Shown: piece after piece, positions 20,100 to 64,000 of the stretch | Layout: every line of letters begins with the position of its first letter | Numbering within the stretch: the first letter of the stretch is position 1 | NCBI GenBank assembly: GCA_051362555.1 | Contig: CM120649.1 | Location: forward strand, 7,006,001 to 7,070,000 | Length of the DNA: 64,000 bases | Reading direction: 5' to 3' | From: Lingula anatina | Lineage: Eukaryota > Animalia > Brachiopoda | Program-made: the position numbers and the translations under genes | The notes under the pieces: generated by a model | Seen by the model: only the letters and a program-made list of their open reading frames with translations | What the model was told of the DNA's origin: nothing | The model's database searches: none

Positions 20100-20530
20100 T
20101 CAAACTTAGTGCTAAAATCACTTCCTGCGGAAAAGGAGATTTCTGTTAATAAGACCCCACCGACACGTATTTATGACGTTTTAACTAAGATTAAAGCTAT
20201 GAATAGTCTATCAAACGCAAATATCCCAGAAATGAGTCACTCGCGTTGAGACATTAGGTACGCTGATAATTGATAAAGAAAACATTCCTCGGAAAGTAAT
20301 AAACCTCATTAAGAGAGTTATTACTCATCATTTCAAACTGCAACTAGTCATGAAAACAAGTAAGGTGCTGCAAAGCTAGAAATGTATGTGCGAATTTTTC
20401 TGTAATAAATTTATTGCGCTGCCGCACTTTGGGGCTTCCGATTGTGTCTGATGCGGAAGATAGCAGCCGAGTGCACATAGACTCGTCCATCCAACCCTTC
20501 CACCCCCGCCGCGGAAGTAGGTCAATCAAG

Positions 20531-20540
<10 letters not shown>
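20100..20540 (+). promoter_or_regulatory. CpG-rich DGK promoter/5' UTR with ETS-like and YY1-like motifs
   Basis: CACTTCCT at about 20119, CGGAAGT at about 20512, and CAAGATGGCG overlapping the ATG at 20531. These are motif matches only. Confidence 0.4.
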
Positions 20541-58675
<38,135 letters not shown>

Positions 58676-58704
58676 CAACTACTCAAGCCTCCGCTGCCAC
58701 CCTG

Positions 58705-59114
58705 GTGGCTTACCCTGGGGGCACTGAAAGAGGAACATTTTGAGCAAGAAGCGGATGTGTATTATTAATCTCACGATTCCCACTGTTAAAATGCCAGTGG
58801 CTTACCCTGGGGGCACTGAAAGAGGAACATTTTGAGCAAGAGGCAGATGTGTATTTTTAATCCAGCTGTTGAAATCCCGGTGGCTTACCCTGGGGGCACT
58901 GAAAGAGGAACATTTTGAGCAAGAGGCAGATGTGTATTTTTAATCCCACTGTTGAAATTCCGGTGGCTTACCCTGGGGGCACTGAAAGAGGAACATTTTG
59001 AGCAAGAGGCAGATGTGTATTTTTAATCCAACTGTTGAAATCCCGGTGGCTTACCCTGGGGGCACTGAAAGAGGAACATTTTGAGCAAGAAGCAGATGTG
59101 TACTATTAATCCCA
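58705..59114 (+). repeat. 83-bp tandem repeat, 5 copies, immediately after the DGK stop codon
   Basis: GTGGCTTACCCTGGGGGCACTGAAAGAGGAACATTTTGAGCAAGA starts at 58705, 58797, 58880, 58963 and 59046. Confidence 0.95.
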
Positions 59115-59992
59115 CCGCTGCCACCAATGTAGCATATTTCTTTGTACTCATGGCACCAATGCTAGCCAGTATTTCACTCTTAACCCCTCAAAGCCACCTT
59201 GATGGCTTACCGTTGGAGCAGCTAAAGAAAAGCTCTTTCAGTACAGTATATTTTTGTGAACGGAGATCAAAATTTTCTTTTGAACTTCCATCCAGGTGCT
59301 TTAGATTGGGGACTCAGTCAATCGAACCATAAGAGTGAACAACACAGTTTATAAGATCCTCCTGTTGCCACCAGTGAACATATAAAAACCTTAATTGATG
59401 ATGAATATTTGTTTTTTTATAACATGTGACAGTGGTCCAAAGACTGATGGCATTGGATTAATATGCAGCACAGCATGGAGAGGATTTAATTTTGAAAACT
59501 AACATGTGAGGGGCCAATTCTTTCAGACACTGATAGCTACCACTATTGTAGCACAAGATGAGGTGATTGTGAACAGTTTGATGTCGAGAATGGGAGCAAT
59601 TAGTAGGTAAACCCCTTGGTAACCTGTAAGGGGCCAATTTTTTTTCTGACAGTGATAGGTATTGTATTTATTTTTAATTTAGAGGAGGCAGATTTGAAAG
59701 AGTTTGATGTCATATAAGAAATAGGAAGGGGGGTGAGCATGGAGCACAAAGAGAAGAACAACTGGAAACTGAGAATTGAATATGGAGTAAAAAATGGATG
59801 ACGACCTAGGGACATCTTCACTACTGATTCTGGCTAACTGCTGCCATGGTTAAAGCATTGCCAAGTTGCTCAATTGAACACGAGACCACATCTTTTTAGA
59901 TCCCTATATTATTTACATGTAATATGGTCAGTTTGGTCCAAAATTAGTTGGCCAAACTGCCTGCAGGAGGATTTTGTTTGACTGAGCAGAAG

Positions 59993-60531
59993 CATGTTAC
60001 AGTTAGGCACCAACTGAATTGTTGGCACCAACATGTTACAGAAAAGGCACCAATGGAATTGGTGGCACCAACATGTTACAGAAAAGGCACCAACTGAATT
60101 GTTGGCACCAACATGTTACAGTTAGGCACCAACTGAATTGTTGGCACCAACATGTTACAGAAAAGGCACCAATGGAATTGTTGGCACCAACATGTTACAG
60201 TAAAGGCACCAATGGAATTGTTGGCACCAACATGTTACAGTAAAGGCACCAATGGAATTGTTGGCACCAACATGTTACAGAAAAGGCACCAATGGAATTG
60301 GTGGCACCAACATGTTACAGAAAAGGCACCAACTGAATTGTTGGCACCAACATGTTACAGAAAAGGCACCAATGGAATTGTTGGCACCAACATGTTATAG
60401 TAAAGGCACCAATGGAATTGTTGGCACCAGCATGTTACAGTAAAAGCACCTCCTGAATTTTTGGCACCAACATGTTACAGTAAAAGCACCTCCTGAATTG
60501 TTGGCATCAACATGTTTCGGTAAAGGCACCA
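59993..60531. repeat. 40-bp minisatellite, about 13 copies
   Basis: CATGTTACAG(A/T)AAAGGCACCAA(TG/CT)GAATTGTTGGCACCAA repeated head to tail. Confidence 0.95.
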
Positions 60532-62299
60532 AGGCTGACTGAATTGTGGTCATTTTCTGCTGTCAGGTGCAGTATTTTAATTTTTTTAGTCCTCTGGTTT
60601 AAAGTGCAATAGAGCAGGTTGTAATGAAACTATTGTATTGTATTATCAGTGTGTTAATACCTCTCCCAATAAAGAAGGTTATGGGAATTGTTATCTGACA
60701 AGATCTTTCAGAATGTTCTGGACAAATTATGATGAAATTGTCAGGATAACCAGTCATTCAAAAGTGAAAAACAACAATTTCAACCAAATCTTGGTCCATA
60801 TTTTTATATAAATAAAATCCATTGCCTTTTTCCTTGGCAGAGGCCAGCAATCTTTTAGTACTCTCATCCCTAAAGCAGTCCTGTTATAGCTTCAAGGTGC
60901 CCTTTCCTAGGGGAACTGAACCAGCTCGAGTTAATTTTACTGTTCATCACACAATGTCTAAAATCTTGGCATATTTCAGGATTTGGGCATGTGATCTATA
61001 GGTGTATCATACCAATTTGTGTCTTTTGAATGTGTTACTTTATATGTGACCCTTTAAATCAAGTCTCTCGTTTCAGGAATGTATTTAATGGCAGATGTTG
61101 TATACTCCAAATTTCCTTTTTGTTATCAAGTGTTACTGATAGAGTTCTGTTAGTGCCATGTTAAACTTGAAGGTGCTCTCCATAATTTGACCCCCTGTTC
61201 AATTCTAAGTTTAAAGTCAATTTATTCAGTATTACTGGTTGACAGACCAAAAGTACATCACAATAATTATATTAACGATATTCACTTAGAATCCAAAAAG
61301 GTCATCAACAATTTCCTAAATGCATAATATACATATATGTTGCTCTGCTACCACCTATGTCTACGGATGAGCCTTTCAAAATTGTTTTTTTGTCAAATAT
61401 TTGAACTGTATGTCTTTATGTACAAACAGTGCAAGATCCCTCGATATAAATGGCTTTTTTTTTACATTTTTACCTGTGGCACAGCCAAACCAACCTATAG
61501 GTCAAGGATTTACTCTTCATCTATATCTTCTAACATTTTGCAAAGCGAGGCCATTTCTGCTGCAGGGTTTTTTACCAGTAGACCTGAACCTTGCGTTTGT
61601 CCTGAACAAATATAGCAGGTGGCAATTTATTGTATTGTGTTAAATTATTGACTCCTATGTAGAGCCCTATGTTCCTCTACACAACTATTGACTTTGGGTG
61701 CAGTCACCTTTTGGCTAGGTCAACAGTTTGAGCTTAATCAAGAGGTGATCGAAACACTAAGTCTGTAATTGCTTTGTTATATGATCATGATTTTTTAGAT
61801 AATTGAAAATAATACAGGAACATTGAGAACTTGCTGACATTGTATCTGCCTCATGCAGTGGCCAGCCATGGAGATCCAAGATGGCAGCAATGTGCTCTCA
61901 ATGGTCAACTCACTTACTCAACCAATCGTTGAGCATCAAAATTTGTGATCATGTAACAAAAAGTAATGTTTGTCTCTATTTAATTTGTAATATAGGTCAC
62001 TTTGACCCTCTTATGTAATATTGCTAGTCATTGTGTTTAATTTTTAGGTGCACTCTGAAATCCTCAGCATTGTTCCTTTTAATGTGTGTTCATATTGTAG
62101 ATGTTTACAAATTATTTAATATCTAAGATACATTTTGCAGAGACAATTTTGATCAGGTGTGATGTTCATTGGTGGACTAAGATCATACTTTTTGTTAATT
62201 TATTGTTTTGTGTTTAATAGTATAGAACATTACCATTATTTGATGTAATTGGTGTTGTTATTTATAATGGGCATTTTAGTGCACCTTGCCATAAATAGT

Positions 62300-62725
62300 C
62301 TCTATCCTGACTGGTCCTGGCTGTTTGAACCTGACTGTATGGTCCTGCCTACCTGGTCCCGGCTGTTTGATCTCGGCTGTCTGGTCCCCCTGTAAGGTCC
62401 TAACTGCCCCGGCCATATGGTCCTGTCTGGTCCCGCCTATATAGGCCATGCTGTATGGTCCTGGCTATCTGATCTCGGCTGTCTGGTCCCCCCTGTAAGG
62501 TCCTAACTGCCACAGCCATATGGCCCTGTCTGTCTGGTCCCGCCTGTATGGTCCTGACTGTCTGGTCCTGCCTGTCTGGTCCCACCTGTATGGTCCTGAC
62601 TGTCTGGTCCTGCCTGTATGGTGTGGGCTGTATGGTCCTGACTGTCTGGTCCCTTCTGTTATGGTCATGGCTGTATGGTATCGGCTGTCTGGTACTGGCT
62701 GCCTGGTCCCGGCCGTCTGGTCACT
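62300..62725. repeat. Degenerate minisatellite with an about 14-bp unit (CTGT(C/A)TGGTCCTG(A/C))
   Basis: CTGTCTGGTCC and CTGTATGGTCC recur throughout. Confidence 0.9.
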
Positions 62726-64000
62726 GCTGTTGACTTATAAAACCAGTACAACTTGAGTACTTTAAGTATGAAACAATTCATTAAAAAAATGTATATCAGT
62801 ATAATTATGGTTTCTTTGCATTTTTATTCTAAGCATGCTCAGGTCACTTTGTTAATGAAATGGATAATATTTGATATTCGCAATTTTGTGTTCCTGCAAA
62901 AGCAAAAAAAAGAAGTGAAGAAAAGCATTAATAAGATACCAGAAATCCTTTTCTCTGGCAAACACACCAGAAACTTGCAAAGTAGTTAATATTACAAACC
63001 ACATAATGGTATTCAGGTAATCATTATATGTAGAGGCATGAACATGTACGTCATTGTGATCTAAAATGTTTGCAGCTAGGTCACTTTGACCCGAGTTTTT
63101 TTTTTTTTTTTTAACTTTAATTGAGTCAATGCAAATGCTTATACAAACATAAAAATTCACCAAGATCCTTTTTCTTAGTAATTATAAGGTCACTTTTGAT
63201 CAGTTAACCTATTAGTCCAGCATGAAAATATGGTCACCCATATTTTCCTGTATTTTTGGCCCTATGTGCCAACTGTGAAACTGGTTCTTACAGGTGCAAT
63301 ATATGTCATTTTTCAGTCATTTAATTGTATTAATTATTATGATTGTATTGTGTAAATTGTATTAATCTTGTTAACTACAATTTCAGATCATGTATGGTTC
63401 TTGTTGCCTCATGCCCTATGGCGTGTTGGTGTTCAATTTTGATATCTTATTGTTGATAGAATATTTAAAAAGAATTTGTATTTTTCATACTATTACATTA
63501 TAGTTAATATTTCAAAGTATGATTATTACTATCATTGTGAAACTCTATCTTTGTGAAAGTTAATAAACTTTTTTCAAAAATTAATATTATTGTTGTGTAA
63601 CAGCACGTATATACTTTAGTTTTGAATTTCTTTTTAATTTTTTTTTCTTTAATATACATTTATGGCATATAAAAAGAACACTTAGGATCACTTTTTTATA
63701 TTTTTTCTAATTCAGTAGTTAAGCTTTGGCCAGACATTAAGACTGCCAGGAGGGAATATTGACATCGAGTACTTTTATTTGAGGGGTTTCATAAAATTAA
63801 AATGGTCTGGAAAGTGGGGAAAGGTAAATAACTTTGCTGGATATCTAGAAAAATGTATAAATACTCATACGTTGTAGTCCAGGTTAAAAAAAAAACCCTA
63901 TCACAAGAAAGATGTTACAAATGTTTTAGAGTAATTTGTGTGCTGCAATTAGCTGACACCATGAGTTATGAAGGACACTTGCGTTTCTCTTCTTTAACTA

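Noticed and set aside
58705-59114. Hammerhead ribozyme or CRISPR interpretation of the 83-bp repeat (CTGAAAGAG...GAAA)
   Set aside because: The core is CUGAAAGA rather than CUGANGA, I see no closing stem II, and the units have no unique spacers.
59993-60531. CRISPR-like regular repeat array and the overlapping repetitive ORFs (60019-60443)
   Set aside because: There are no unique spacers and no cas genes, and the context is eukaryotic. It is a plain 40-bp minisatellite and the ORFs are by-products.
62400-62756. Repetitive G/P/Q/R-rich ORFs on both strands
   Set aside because: They arise from a 14-bp minisatellite, with no splice or gene context.

Overview
AT-rich, intron-dense animal genomic DNA. 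The repeat landscape (HINE-type elements carrying satellites, many MITEs) suggests a lophotrochozoan, probably a mollusc; this is inference. Manual splicing gives four genes. (1) The first coding exon of an ABCC4/MRP4-like ABC transporter on the minus strand (1179-1252). (2) Head-to-head with it, a MIS12 kinetochore gene (2115-5754). (3) A 2-oxoglutarate/Fe(II) dioxygenase (7174-15896). (4) A 31-exon type II diacylglycerol kinase (eta/delta-like; 20531-58675). The most striking feature is the dioxygenase. It has two homologous 106-nt copies of exon 5 that can only be used mutually exclusively, two homologous alternative terminal exons carrying the distal iron ligand and RxS motif, and a decayed third exon-5 copy. 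Candidate long-range RNA pairings link the two switchable modules, so one gene may build up to four enzymes with different active-site surroundings. The DGK gene contains a dead duplicate of a PH-domain exon, duplicated splice acceptors, a Penelope-like retroelement remnant, two Helentron/HINE-type insertions, several MITEs and tandem repeats downstream of the stop. All gene models were read by eye; no transcript or database evidence was available.
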